Assembly: GCA_025059875.1 (NCBI GenBank)
Contig: JANXCT010000005.1
Coordinates: forward strand, 1,948 to 65,947
DNA length: 64,000 nt
Origin: Candidatus Kapaibacterium sp.
GTDB lineage: Bacteria; Bacteroidota; Ignavibacteria; Kapaibacteriales; HRBIN21
Direction of reading: 5' to 3'
The notes beneath the pieces were generated by a model. That model worked only from the letters and a program-made list of their open reading frames with translations, searched no databases and had not been told where the DNA came from. Shown here in pieces: positions 40,248 through 50,022 of this stretch (position 1 is the first letter of the stretch; every line of letters starts with the position of its first letter). The position numbers and the translations under genes were made by a program.

Positions 40248-41093
40248 GCGTACAGCATCCTTTTCCGTCGTCACGGCCCAGCGGAGTGACAAGCGCTGAC
40301 AGCGAGCGAACAGGTGCCAGAGGTCTCGAGGGCTGTAGGGATGGTGATCGGGGAAGGGGAGCCAGAGACCTATCCTCCAGCCCGTAGTCAGCAGGCTGTC
40401 CCGGAAGCGCTCCGGATAAGCAATCCCGGCGAAGGCTGCAACAGGTTCGGGCAATGGACCGGGGAGTAGACTGGGACCGGCCAACGTCCATTGCTGAATC
40501 TCGGCAGAGCGAAATTCGACCCGTACCCAGGGGAGCTCTTGTACAAACGGTGGGAGCTCATATGGCTCGACACCGTTGAGCAGGAGGATGTGGGCTCGTT
40601 TGAGGGCTGAACGTGGCTCGCGGAGTGGACCGAAGGGTAGCAAGCGACCGTAGAGTGTGCGCCGATCAACGAGAACGAGTTCTAAGTGGCGTCGGAGTCG
40701 ACGGTACTGAAAACAGTCGTCGGCAGCGATGATGTTAGCCCCTGCTTGCTGGGCAAGTGTAGCGGCTATTTCCCGACGTCGGTGAACGGCAACGATGGCC
40801 TGTGGGAGCTTCCACGCATGGAGCCAGGCTTCATCTCCACACTGCTGCCATTCTACCTGCGGGCCATTGCCGAAGCTAACTAGCAACGCTCCGCGGGAAC
40901 GGCGCCGGTAGCCGCGCAGCACGATTCCGGGCCGTAGGCCACGCTGGAGGCAGTAGCGGGCTATGGCTTGTGTGACGGGAGTCTTGCCGGTTCCCCCAAC
41001 GGTGATGTTTCCCACGCTAACGACTGGCAAGGTGGGAGTAGCTGCGGTTAGCCAACCCCGCTGATAAGCAAGTTCCAGAAGTTGTGGCAGCAT
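40080..41093 (-). CDS. lpxK: Tetraacyldisaccharide 4'-kinase
   Basis: VGNITVGGTGKTPV P-loop in the LpxK context. 337 aa. Confidence 0.85.
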   Translation of the reverse strand: MLPQLLELAYQRGWLTAATPTLPVVSVGNITVGGTGKTPVTQAIARYCLQRGLRPGIVLRGYRRRSRGALLVSFGNGPQVEWQQCGDEAWLHAWKLPQAIVAVHRRREIAATLAQQAGANIIAADDCFQYRRLRRHLELVLVDRRTLYGRLLPFGPLREPRSALKRAHILLLNGVEPYELPPFVQELPWVRVEFRSAEIQQWTLAGPSLLPGPLPEPVAAFAGIAYPERFRDSLLTTGWRIGLWLPFPDHHPYSPRDLWHLFARCQRLSLRWAVTTEKDAVRLWPLLSEFAAAGVTLITVAVTAEFGQGAEHLWTSLDRLLQQLRRQTEDVAEHLKR

Positions 41094-41135
41094 GATCCAC
41101 GAGAGAGTCTAGGAAGGCTGCTACGTCGCGAGACT

Positions 41136-41960
41136 TCACTTGCGCGCTCGCACAATGAGGTAGAAGCCGGACAGTGGAGCCAGTAGGCGTTGGTTAAACT
41201 CGTTGAGCCAGGATGGGAACCGGCGTCGGATCGGGTCACAGAGCCGGATTCGAATTGCTCGGAACTTATGGAGGAGCTGCTTGACCTCGCGGCGGGAGAA
41301 GGCTCGACCGAGGGGGTTTGCTGGCCCATCATAGACGCGGACCCATTCGGCTTCCCATCGTCGGTAGTTGTGGACCAGCTCGGCCAGTGTCGTGCCAAGT
41401 AGGGCCATTCCCCGAAGACCTCGTTGCTGCCGAAGCGTCTGGGCGATGTAGAGCGGGGTTCCTAGCCATACGTGGAGCGAGTGGCGGTGGTAGAGCATGA
41501 GGATGACCTCACCACCAGGGACCAGGACACGATAGATTTCAGCAAGGGCGTGCTGAATGTTTGGTGTGTGGTGGAGGACACCGAAGGAGTACACAACGTC
41601 GAAGGTGTTGTCTGGAAAAGGAAGCTGCTCTACATCGGCGACTAAGAACGTTCCCTCTTGACCTCGGAGCTCGAAGTGCTGGCGTGCAAGCTCTACGCTC
41701 TGGGGGCTCAAGTCTATACCTGTGACCGTTGCTCCCCCACGGGCAAACTGGAGTAAGTCTGTTCCTAGGCCGCAGCCAATCTCGAGAACTCGCTTGCCGG
41801 CATAGCGGTGGAAGCCAATGAGTCGGTGCATAAAGGGTTGGACAGCATACCGGAAGCGTTCCACTTCTGTGAAGAATTCGCTAGTCCCCCAGGGGAGGTG
41901 GGTAAATTGAGTTCCACAGGGCTGCTGGTCCCAGTACTGTCGAACTTGCTCTTTGAGCAT
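41136..41960 (-). CDS. Class I SAM-dependent methyltransferase
   Basis: VLEIGCGLGTDLLQFARGGATVTGIDLS SAM-binding motif. 274 aa. Confidence 0.8.
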   Translation of the reverse strand: MLKEQVRQYWDQQPCGTQFTHLPWGTSEFFTEVERFRYAVQPFMHRLIGFHRYAGKRVLEIGCGLGTDLLQFARGGATVTGIDLSPQSVELARQHFELRGQEGTFLVADVEQLPFPDNTFDVVYSFGVLHHTPNIQHALAEIYRVLVPGGEVILMLYHRHSLHVWLGTPLYIAQTLRQQRGLRGMALLGTTLAELVHNYRRWEAEWVRVYDGPANPLGRAFSRREVKQLLHKFRAIRIRLCDPIRRRFPSWLNEFNQRLLAPLSGFYLIVRARK

Positions 41961-41985
41961 AATCGGGGCTCATGATGTAGGTGCG

Positions 41986-41993
41986 CAAAGTTA
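41986..41993 (-). promoter_or_regulatory. Candidate -7 promoter box TAACTTTG upstream of the methyltransferase-lpxK unit
   Basis: Exact TAnnTTTG match on the minus strand, 25 nt upstream of the ATG at 41960. Confidence 0.4.
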
Positions 41994-42176
41994 CTCGCCA
42001 TTAGTGGCTCGATCATCTTTCGCCTCCATAGTCTAGTCTGCGTTAGGGGTGAAAGAGTTATATTCGTGCCGAGACTACGGGCAGAGAGGAGTCAGCGTAT
42101 GCGGCTTTTTTGCTAATATTGTGCCTACGCAAACGATGTGTAGGAGCAGTCCCATATATAGGCGCGGAGGGCTAGA

Positions 42177-45100
42177 ATGAAGTGGTTCGCTCTTGTGAGA
42201 TGTCTACTCCTTGCGGCCGTTGGGATATGGATGGTAACGGCTGAAGCAACAGCTCGGCGCAGTGGTATGCGCTCAGCGACGGTGTACTCCTATCCCGGTC
42301 CCTTTAATCCGGCTGGTGCAAATCCTCGTACACAACCAGCGGTGTCAACAGGTTACTACCTTGTTGATACCCAGGGGCCTGAGCCGGAGCTGTGGAAACC
42401 ACAGCCAGCTCGAGATTTCGTGAGCCTGGATCAGAATCCACAGTACTGGCGTAAGATTGTCTCTGGCCCCAATCAATTTCCAGTGACCTATTGGGAGGGG
42501 CATCCGGAGGGTAAGCCCTATTTCCGGAATCCCAGCCAGATGAGCGACTCTACAGACAATGCGTTTGCTGGGCCGATTCCCATCGGCTTTCCCTTCTACT
42601 TCAATGGGGTACGGTACGATAGCTTCTACGTCTCTACTAACGGCATTATTGTGCTCTCCAATCGGCGCTACCTCTACGACGACGGGGGTAACCGAATCGG
42701 TGTGGATCCAAACAGTGACGACCAATTCGTTCGAGGGACTGCGGATATGACTATCCCCGACAACTGGGGGTATCAGTACGTGGCCCTAGGGGTTGCCTCT
42801 GGGACTGGAGCAGCGACACAAGGGATTCGAAATCCCAGTAATGTCCGCCTAAATACTGCCACAATCAGCGGCATGAATCAGTACACTCCGCTCCTTGCCC
42901 CTCTGTGGGACGATCTGCAGTTGTCCGTGTGGAACCCTCATCAGCAGACAGTGGATGACTTTGGGCAGGTATGGTATTACCGCGATCCCACGGGCAACAG
43001 GTTGGTCATTTACTTCATCAACCTCACACCGCGCGGGTCGAAGATTACCCCATACGGTACTGTTAGCTTTCCAGCCGATATACGACCAGGGGTTCCAAAT
43101 GTGCCCTTTGTGTCCTGCGACCTCCAGGTCGTGCTGAATCGCTTAGACAGCTCGATTACGTACATCTACTCCCGCTTCTCTGGAGTCGTGACAGTAAGCG
43201 GCTGGCCAGTGCCGGCGGAAGTCCTCTTCCTCTACAACTCAACGGTTGGCTTACGAGGATATGCTCGTCACATCAACTTTGATTCTAAGACCAACGTTTC
43301 CGGTGCCCTAACACCATACCTACAGTTCACAGAGTTTTCGCATGAAGGAAACCCGCCGACCATTTTCGCCGTTGGGCCGACACGAAACGTGTTCTACAAC
43401 TTCTTCGCGATCAAGTGGAAGCAGTGGAAGAACGTCGGTCGGGTATGGAGCGTGCAGTACAAAGTGCGCCGGCGAGGCCCAGGTCGGACGATGGACTTTG
43501 ACTCTACGATTGCTGCCCCGAACAACTTCGAGCTATTGGCCGGTGATCAGGTGTTGGGTGCTATTCAGCCAGTAGGGATTTTCCAGAACCTGACCAACGA
43601 TATCCAAGGGCCCACGGGGTCGCCAACAGGAATCAACTACCAGCGGCAAGATGTTCAATTCCGTGTGCGTTTCCAGATCTTCAATCAAGCAACAGGAGAG
43701 GTTGTCTACAGCCGTTCCCTTGCGATTACTCATCAAGCCCTCTCCGATCCGAATTCTGGGATTAGCCTGTGTGATGTCAACGGGAATCCTATTCCTTATC
43801 CACCAACGGCTAACGGAATCCCACCATACAACTTTGTTCGGGTAGAGTTCCCACCCTTTGAGGCCAATGAATTCATAGAACGGCATATTGGACGCTTGCG
43901 TGCCGTTGTGATCTTGGATCCCGTGACGCCCGAGGGGCAGAGCTTAGGGGATCGGTGGCCGTTCGACGATACAACGAGCATCAACCTCTTCGTGATCCGT
44001 CGCCTAGAAGCGTTCAACGATGACGTCCGAGAGTTCCATGTCATTGATGGGGTTCCTATGCCTTCTGTCAAGAAGTGGGTGAGCTTGGAGGCGGACGTCG
44101 TCTCTGGCGACGAAGTCTGCTACAACCCGCCTCCGCCACGTGGCGAGTATGGAGCAGCAAATAATCCCAACTTTACGCTGAATTCGCCGGTCATCCGGCT
44201 CAATCGTGTCATGCTCAACGGTGATGACTGGCCTGGTCTGCCGAATGGTGACCAGATCATTAGTTTCCCGATCGACTTGCGTGGACGCATCGGAGCTGTG
44301 CTCTCTGTGTCCGTGCAGCGGACGGGTAGGCCGGCTGAAAACTGGTATGATCGTGGCTGGTCGGATAATCAGAACATCGGGCCAGAGCCTCGGGTAGTTC
44401 TGAATGGGATTGTGACGAACACTTACGGGAGTGCCCCAGACGAGCTTCGGATAGAGTTTGCTCGCCCCAGTTGGGATGGGTTGACGAACATTACAAATAT
44501 CACTGCTTGGAACCATCATCCGCGTCGAGGTGCGTCTCCGGTAACGAACAACTCTGCCTTCACACTCTTCGGTGCAGGCGGTTACAACCGCGGTTTTGAC
44601 TCGCTGGATTACAACATGCCCTTAACGCCAGCAGAAGGTCTACGGGCAGATCTCTACGACGATGGCAAGGACTTCGAGTTCCGGAAGATCTTCATTCCGA
44701 TCCCCGACACAATTATTCGCTGGCCCAACGAGGGTGCGAAGAACTTCCGCTTCCGCCTGTGGGTCCGGGCAAAGCGAGACATGAGCTCACCTCCGCCGCC
44801 CGATGATGATGAGGATAATTACTACGTGGACAACGTCCGGATTCTCTTCCCGACGGAGGTGACGGACTTAGAGGTGTCGGCGGTGAAGGTGAATGTCCCA
44901 TACACGATGCTGCCAGCCAGCCAGGCGACGCGCATTCCAATTAGCGTCAAGATCTCCAACAATACAGGACTAGCGGCTGGGGGGTTTTATGTGGGGGTTG
45001 TCATTCGCCGAGAAGGTGATCCACAGGTCATCCACGCGATGTCAAAGTATGTTCCCCTCTTAGGTGGCAACCGGGAGGTAGAGATCCCCTTCCCTGATTG

Positions 45101-46637
45101 GGATGCCCGGAACAAGGGGACAGGGCCCGGACGTTATGTTATCTCGGCGCGCATCTTCATCCCCGGTGGGGATCTAGAGCCGCTGAACGACGAAAACTAC
45201 ACGATCTTTGACCTCAGGTTTGGGAATTCCTTCGCATACGAGGCTGACCCAGAGAATTTGGGCTCTAGCAAGAACAACGTGCCAGATCAGCAGTTCTCGG
45301 GTATTCCAGGCCGGGGGCTGAACCTATTCTGCTACCCCCAGGGGCCGACAGATAATGTAACGACACGTTATGGACCCCCTGGCGGGGACGGTTCTGGCCA
45401 GTTGGCGATGCGCTTCCGGCTACGGGCGCAGGACACGGTGTATGGCTACATGGCCTTCTTTGGCAGCCTCAACCAGGACTTCAACTATGTCTCCTTCTCA
45501 CTCTATCGTGGCACGACGATCCCACAGACGCTCATCACGGGGAGCCGTATCAGCCGAGTTCGTGGCTTTGGGGACACTTTAGTGTACGAGCAGGGGCGCC
45601 CGGTCTGGCGTCCGATGCCAGATGGCGTCTACGACCGCTTCTCCTTCTATATTCTGCCGCAGCCAGTAGTACTGCCAGCGGGTGACTATTGGGCAGCGGT
45701 AGCGCAGCGCGGTTCTGTCGGCTTCGAGTTAGGAGCCTCGAGGTCGCGGATGGGTATGGTGACGACGAATGTATCTACGATTCCAACTCCTGGGATCCAG
45801 AACTATCAGCTCATGATCGACAAAGCACTGCGGATACGCCAAGGATTAGCGCTTATCAACGATAACGTCTTTGCCTTCCAGAATACTCTGGATGGCGGAC
45901 AGTGGGGCCAGTTCATGCCGACGGTCGGACCCGTAGCCTACCCTCACCTGAATTTTGCGGGTATGGTAGGCAGTTATGCTACGCGCAGCCGCGGGACCTG
46001 GATACCGCTGGTCCGGCCTTATCTGGGTGAGCGCGCATACAATACAGCGCGGCCGGTTTCAGCACAGTTGGCGAGCTTTGACGGCATGGCACAGCGGCGG
46101 AAGAATGTGTTGTTGTGGGCTACGGCGTCAGAGGCGCTGCTGGAGCGCTTCATCTTGGAGCGGCGTACCTTTGATGCAGAGCCATGGGCCCCGATCTACA
46201 GTGAGCGTGCCGTCGGTGATGAGCAGCGTGGCGAGAGTTACCGCTACGAAGATCTCCAAGTCCAGCCTGGCGTAGAGTACCAGTATCGCCTGCGGTTGGT
46301 TGCTCGCGATGGACAGGAGCAGTTCAGCCACGTCATCAGCCTGACGCCGCTTGGTGACGGGGAAGTTTGGGTTGGTCAGAGTTCGCCTAACCCCTTCGGC
46401 TCTCAGACGAGCGTAGAGCTGCGCCTGCCGGAGAACAGCCGCGTACGGGCGGAGGTTGTCGATGCTCTTGGGCGGCTTGTTCGGGTGGTTGTCGACGATG
46501 TTCTGCCTGCCGGAAACCATCTCTTAACATGGGATGGAACGGCTGACGGTGGAGTACCGGCGGCTGCAGGTACGTACCGCTGGCGTATCTTCATCGGCGA
46601 TCAGCACTACACGCAGTCTATCACACTCGTCCGCTAA
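42177..46637 (+). CDS. Giant secreted protein of unknown function with T9SS-type C-terminal sorting domain
   Basis: 1486-aa uninterrupted ORF with signal peptide MKWFALVRCLLLAAVGIWMVTAEA. N-terminal PIGFPFYFNGVRYDSFYVSTNGIIVL resembles a NIDO-like motif. Pro/Asp-rich linker PPPPDDDEDNYY. C-terminal SPNPFGSQTSVELRLPENSRVRAEVVDALGRLV...GTYRW is FlgD-Ig/T9SS-CTD-like. Confidence 0.8.
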   Translation: MKWFALVRCLLLAAVGIWMVTAEATARRSGMRSATVYSYPGPFNPAGANPRTQPAVSTGYYLVDTQGPEPELWKPQPARDFVSLDQNPQYWRKIVSGPNQFPVTYWEGHPEGKPYFRNPSQMSDSTDNAFAGPIPIGFPFYFNGVRYDSFYVSTNGIIVLSNRRYLYDDGGNRIGVDPNSDDQFVRGTADMTIPDNWGYQYVALGVASGTGAATQGIRNPSNVRLNTATISGMNQYTPLLAPLWDDLQLSVWNPHQQTVDDFGQVWYYRDPTGNRLVIYFINLTPRGSKITPYGTVSFPADIRPGVPNVPFVSCDLQVVLNRLDSSITYIYSRFSGVVTVSGWPVPAEVLFLYNSTVGLRGYARHINFDSKTNVSGALTPYLQFTEFSHEGNPPTIFAVGPTRNVFYNFFAIKWKQWKNVGRVWSVQYKVRRRGPGRTMDFDSTIAAPNNFELLAGDQVLGAIQPVGIFQNLTNDIQGPTGSPTGINYQRQDVQFRVRFQIFNQATGEVVYSRSLAITHQALSDPNSGISLCDVNGNPIPYPPTANGIPPYNFVRVEFPPFEANEFIERHIGRLRAVVILDPVTPEGQSLGDRWPFDDTTSINLFVIRRLEAFNDDVREFHVIDGVPMPSVKKWVSLEADVVSGDEVCYNPPPPRGEYGAANNPNFTLNSPVIRLNRVMLNGDDWPGLPNGDQIISFPIDLRGRIGAVLSVSVQRTGRPAENWYDRGWSDNQNIGPEPRVVLNGIVTNTYGSAPDELRIEFARPSWDGLTNITNITAWNHHPRRGASPVTNNSAFTLFGAGGYNRGFDSLDYNMPLTPAEGLRADLYDDGKDFEFRKIFIPIPDTIIRWPNEGAKNFRFRLWVRAKRDMSSPPPPDDDEDNYYVDNVRILFPTEVTDLEVSAVKVNVPYTMLPASQATRIPISVKISNNTGLAAGGFYVGVVIRREGDPQVIHAMSKYVPLLGGNREVEIPFPDWDARNKGTGPGRYVISARIFIPGGDLEPLNDENYTIFDLRFGNSFAYEADPENLGSSKNNVPDQQFSGIPGRGLNLFCYPQGPTDNVTTRYGPPGGDGSGQLAMRFRLRAQDTVYGYMAFFGSLNQDFNYVSFSLYRGTTIPQTLITGSRISRVRGFGDTLVYEQGRPVWRPMPDGVYDRFSFYILPQPVVLPAGDYWAAVAQRGSVGFELGASRSRMGMVTTNVSTIPTPGIQNYQLMIDKALRIRQGLALINDNVFAFQNTLDGGQWGQFMPTVGPVAYPHLNFAGMVGSYATRSRGTWIPLVRPYLGERAYNTARPVSAQLASFDGMAQRRKNVLLWATASEALLERFILERRTFDAEPWAPIYSERAVGDEQRGESYRYEDLQVQPGVEYQYRLRLVARDGQEQFSHVISLTPLGDGEVWVGQSSPNPFGSQTSVELRLPENSRVRAEVVDALGRLVRVVVDDVLPAGNHLLTWDGTADGGVPAAAGTYRWRIFIGDQHYTQSITLVR

Positions 46638-46654
46638 CAGTACGGCTTGCTACC

Positions 46655-46713
46655 AGCGAGAGCCTTCCGTTGCATCCCTGCCGTGGGAGGGCAGAAGGCT
46701 CTCGCTCTATTTG
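46655..46713 (+). terminator. Candidate intrinsic terminator after the giant ORF
   Basis: Perfect 13-bp inverted repeat AGCGAGAGCCTTC (46655-46667) / GAAGGCTCTCGCT (46694-46706), followed by CTATTTG. The loop is long (26 nt). Confidence 0.5.
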
Positions 46714-46736
46714 AAAAGGCTGAGGAAGGGGTACAA

Positions 46737-47081
46737 ATGTCCGAGACTGTCTTTGCTCGTATTATCCGTCGAGAGGTCCCAGCACAGATCGAATACGAAG
46801 ACGACGAGGTGTTAGCATTTCGGGACATCAACCCCCAAGCTCCTGTCCACATCCTCATTATCCCCAAGAAGCCCCTCCCGACTCTAAACGAGGCAACAGC
46901 AGATGATGTTCCGTTGTTGGGGAGGCTCCTCTGGGTAGCTCGGCAGTTGGCGGAGCGGCATGGTATTGCTGAGAGCGGCTACCGACTCGTCTTGAACTGC
47001 AATCGGGATGCAGGGCAGACGGTCTTTCACCTCCATCTCCACCTGCTGGGGGGACGCCAGTTCCAATGGCCGCCCGGATGA
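46737..47081 (+). CDS. HIT family (histidine triad) protein
   Basis: MSETVFARIIRREVPA...VLAFRDINPQAPVHILIIPK...HLHLHLLGG. Confidence 0.9.
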   Translation: MSETVFARIIRREVPAQIEYEDDEVLAFRDINPQAPVHILIIPKKPLPTLNEATADDVPLLGRLLWVARQLAERHGIAESGYRLVLNCNRDAGQTVFHLHLHLLGGRQFQWPPG

Positions 47082-48088
47082 GTCTTCGAGGCAGTTCGGA
47101 GCGGGCGACGGAGTCTGCTGTGTTGGAGGTCTCGACAGAGCTTGCGCGTAGGGTATTCCACCAGCAGGCAGAGGCTCTGTTGAGCATTGCTGCGCGGATT
47201 GGACCAGAGTTTGAGGAGGCAGTAGAGTTGTTGGAGTCAGCGCGCTCCGTGGTCGTCAGCGGAGTTGGGAAATCAGGGATTATCGGCCAGAAGATCGCGG
47301 CAACGTTGCGGAGTATTGGGCTTTCGGCTACCTTTCTCCATCCCGCAGAGGCCCCACACGGAGATTTGGGTGCTGTGCGATCGGGGGACGGAGCGGTGTT
47401 GATTTCGAAAAGTGGCACGACAGCAGAGGTTTGTTCCCTGGTCCCGTGGTTGCGGCAACGGAATGTCCGAATCCTGGCTATTGTTGGGCAGCGGCATTCA
47501 CTGCTGGCGGAGCAAGCCGACGTGGTACTAGATGTTGCGGTACCAGCGGAAGCATGTCCGCTGAACCTTATCCCTACGACGAGTACGACGGCTGCGCTCG
47601 TTATGGGGGATGCGTTGGCGATAGCGCTCATGCGGCGTCGAGGTGTTCGGCCAGAAGACATTGCTGCTGCTCATCCTCTCGGGATGCTCGGCCGCCTGGC
47701 TAGTCTACGAGTTCAAGATGTTATGCACACAGGGACCGCAATCCCGCGAGTGCTCCCTCAGACGCCGTTTCGGCAGATGCTCATCGAGATGACTTCGAAG
47801 GCACTGGGATGCGTGTGTGTTGTGGAGGAGGATGGCCGGCTGTGTGGGATTGTGACCGATGGAGATGTACGGCGAACGCTACAGCGGGTCGAAGATATTC
47901 GCCCGCTGCGCGTCAGCGATATCATGACGCGTACACCAGTGACGGTTTCGCCGGAAGCTTCCCTGGCCGAAGCGCTAGAGTTGATGGAGCATCGCCCTAG
48001 CCAGATCAGCGTGTTGCCGGTAGTGGACTCGCAGGGGATTTGTGTCGGGGTCGTTCGAGTCCACGACATTATCCGCAGTCAGCTGTGA
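47066..48088 (+). CDS. kdsD: Arabinose-5-phosphate isomerase (KdsD/KpsF/GutQ family; SIS + tandem CBS)
   Basis: SIS motif VVVSGVGKSGIIGQKIAATLRSIG...HPAEAPHGDLG and two CBS-like segments at the C-terminus. Assignment to a specific paralogue is uncertain. Confidence 0.8.
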   Translation: MAARMSLRGSSERATESAVLEVSTELARRVFHQQAEALLSIAARIGPEFEEAVELLESARSVVVSGVGKSGIIGQKIAATLRSIGLSATFLHPAEAPHGDLGAVRSGDGAVLISKSGTTAEVCSLVPWLRQRNVRILAIVGQRHSLLAEQADVVLDVAVPAEACPLNLIPTTSTTAALVMGDALAIALMRRRGVRPEDIAAAHPLGMLGRLASLRVQDVMHTGTAIPRVLPQTPFRQMLIEMTSKALGCVCVVEEDGRLCGIVTDGDVRRTLQRVEDIRPLRVSDIMTRTPVTVSPEASLAEALELMEHRPSQISVLPVVDSQGICVGVVRVHDIIRSQL

Positions 48089-48279
48089 GTAACGAGGCAG
48101 GGAATCGTTTTGCCCACAATGGGTGGACTCCTGGATCAGACGCCAGTTTTGCATGGATGAGGGGTAGGGGGTGTAGCAACCAGTAGCAGAATACCAGGTG
48201 GCCACGAGGCGCGGCAGCTCGAGCCAAGGTCGGTGCATCCACAGCTTAAGTGGTCGAACGCGGGGCAAGCTGCGGGAGC

Positions 48280-49944
48280 TTAGTCTGCGGTTGAAGGTTC
48301 GGAGGATGGTGCTAACGTGAGGATTGCGTGGTGTCCCGAGGGAAGTGCCGTCGCGTGCACGAGGGCCTCTTGGAAGGCGCTGCGTCCACATAGAGCAAGG
48401 AGCTGGAGCCAGCTCATAAGGCGTTCCTGAGGATGGCCGTTGGGATATACCAGCGACCACACCCGTCGGGCACGGGAGAGGAGGGTCTCTGAGCGGCGGC
48501 GGAGCGCAGCGCGGAATCGCCTCTGCCAACGCTGCAGAGCCTGTGCTATTCGGTGGTGCGTCGCTCCAAGGCTAGGTACGAGTGTTGGGTCTATCTCCCA
48601 AAGGTGAGCCAACAGGTGCTGGTACCACTGCTGGAGCTGTGTCTGGAGCTTGCTACTGGAGTGCTCCAGTAGCTGCGTAGGTGGTAGACGTTCCAGGAGG
48701 ATACGTTCCACCGCCTGCCAAGGGGCAAAGAAGTCTCTTACGCTCCACCCTTCTTGCACAAGCAGACGATGGAGTTGAGGCGGGACAAGGGTAACGGAAG
48801 GCCGTAGCATGACGGCAGGCATCGGCACTTGTAGAGCCTCGTAGAGCTCGCGGAGTTGTGCCCAGTATGCGACTTCAGCAGGTCCGAGAACGACGGCCAC
48901 AGTTGGGAGGATGGCATCTTGGCACAACGGGCGAAGGAGAGCGGACGGAGAGAAGGCCGTACACTCCTGCTCGAACAGAGCGCTTAGCTGCTGGATGGTA
49001 TAGCGCTCGCGGGCAATACCATACTCCCCACTCGGAAGGTACCGGACTCGATAACGGAACCCTTCAGGAGTGTGGAAATGGACGAGAGGATGCTGGGGTG
49101 TGATGAGTTCTCGGTACCCCAAAGCGCGCAACTGCTGGATTCCCTTGGCTAATGCAGCCTCAAGCTGTGAGCTCTGGAAGAGGGCCCATTGGACGATACT
49201 GCAGAAGAGCCTGCGGCGCCGAGCAACGGATGCTCGGAGGAAGAGGAGCCCGGAGCTTCCGAAGAGCCAGTGGAGGAGCACAACAAAGGCTTGGCTCCAG
49301 GACTTCCCGTAGCTGTACGCGGTGAGCACAATGGAGCGAAGCTCGTCCGAGAGCTCGGGGAGGATGTGGCGGAGGGCGGTCTGCCATAATCCTGTCGGCG
49401 AGAGTGAGCGAGCAGAGACGGCAATGGGCTGCAGCAGTTCAGCATCTGAAGCGGCAGCGAGGCGCTGGAGGGTACCATCGGGTTGCCACCACACACTAGA
49501 GCCGGCTTCTCGACCATCGCTGTCGTTGTCTTCGACCCAGAAGATGGGAACGATCGGCCGCTGAAGTACCTCCTGTAGCTGCTGGGCAAGAGCGAGGGCT
49601 GCTGCTGCCTTGAGAGCTGTATAGAGTGGCCCTCCAAGAAAGCCTACCTGCTGTCCCGTCGTGACGGCTAATGCTGAGCCAGACTGCAGCGCTTGCAGGT
49701 AGCGAAGCTGACTTGCTGTAAGCTCCAATCCATCCATGCTCTCTCGGAGTGCCCGGCAGAGGCGTTCCGTATGAGGTTGTGGCAGTGGCGGGCGGAGGTT
49801 GAGGAGTGCTGCAGCGGGGTCCTTGCGGAAGTTTGCAGTCGTGGGAAAGCGTGCAGCGCAGAACACCGGGTCTATGGCGAAGGCGCAGGCAATTGGGTGG
49901 AAGGGTGCGGGGAACTCGGTGCACGAAAGCAGTTCAACGGACAT
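48280..49944 (-). CDS. bshC: Bacillithiol biosynthesis cysteine-adding enzyme BshC
   Basis: VTTGQQVGFLGGPLYTALKAAAALALAQQL...PIVPIFWVEDNDSD matches the BshC (UPF0747) signature. ~554 aa. ATG at 49944 is preferred over TTG at 49947. Confidence 0.75.
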   Translation of the reverse strand: MSVELLSCTEFPAPFHPIACAFAIDPVFCAARFPTTANFRKDPAAALLNLRPPLPQPHTERLCRALRESMDGLELTASQLRYLQALQSGSALAVTTGQQVGFLGGPLYTALKAAAALALAQQLQEVLQRPIVPIFWVEDNDSDGREAGSSVWWQPDGTLQRLAAASDAELLQPIAVSARSLSPTGLWQTALRHILPELSDELRSIVLTAYSYGKSWSQAFVVLLHWLFGSSGLLFLRASVARRRRLFCSIVQWALFQSSQLEAALAKGIQQLRALGYRELITPQHPLVHFHTPEGFRYRVRYLPSGEYGIARERYTIQQLSALFEQECTAFSPSALLRPLCQDAILPTVAVVLGPAEVAYWAQLRELYEALQVPMPAVMLRPSVTLVPPQLHRLLVQEGWSVRDFFAPWQAVERILLERLPPTQLLEHSSSKLQTQLQQWYQHLLAHLWEIDPTLVPSLGATHHRIAQALQRWQRRFRAALRRRSETLLSRARRVWSLVYPNGHPQERLMSWLQLLALCGRSAFQEALVHATALPSGHHAILTLAPSSEPSTAD

Positions 49945-50022
49945 CAATGTGCTGGACGTTGGGCGACTTTCGCGAAAGTGCTAACTTGTTGTTGGTTGCA
50001 CTGCATAGCCAATTGTTGGCTT

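Noticed and set aside
46858-47661. 267-aa minus-strand ORF
   Set aside because: It is antisense to the HIT and KdsD genes, Ser/Thr/Ala/Arg-rich, and has no motifs.
47975-48529. 184-aa minus-strand ORF spanning the kdsD/bshC convergent gap
   Set aside because: It overlaps the 3' ends of both well-supported genes in wrong frames. It is Pro/Arg-rich, and the 190-bp gap portion shows no recognisable protein.
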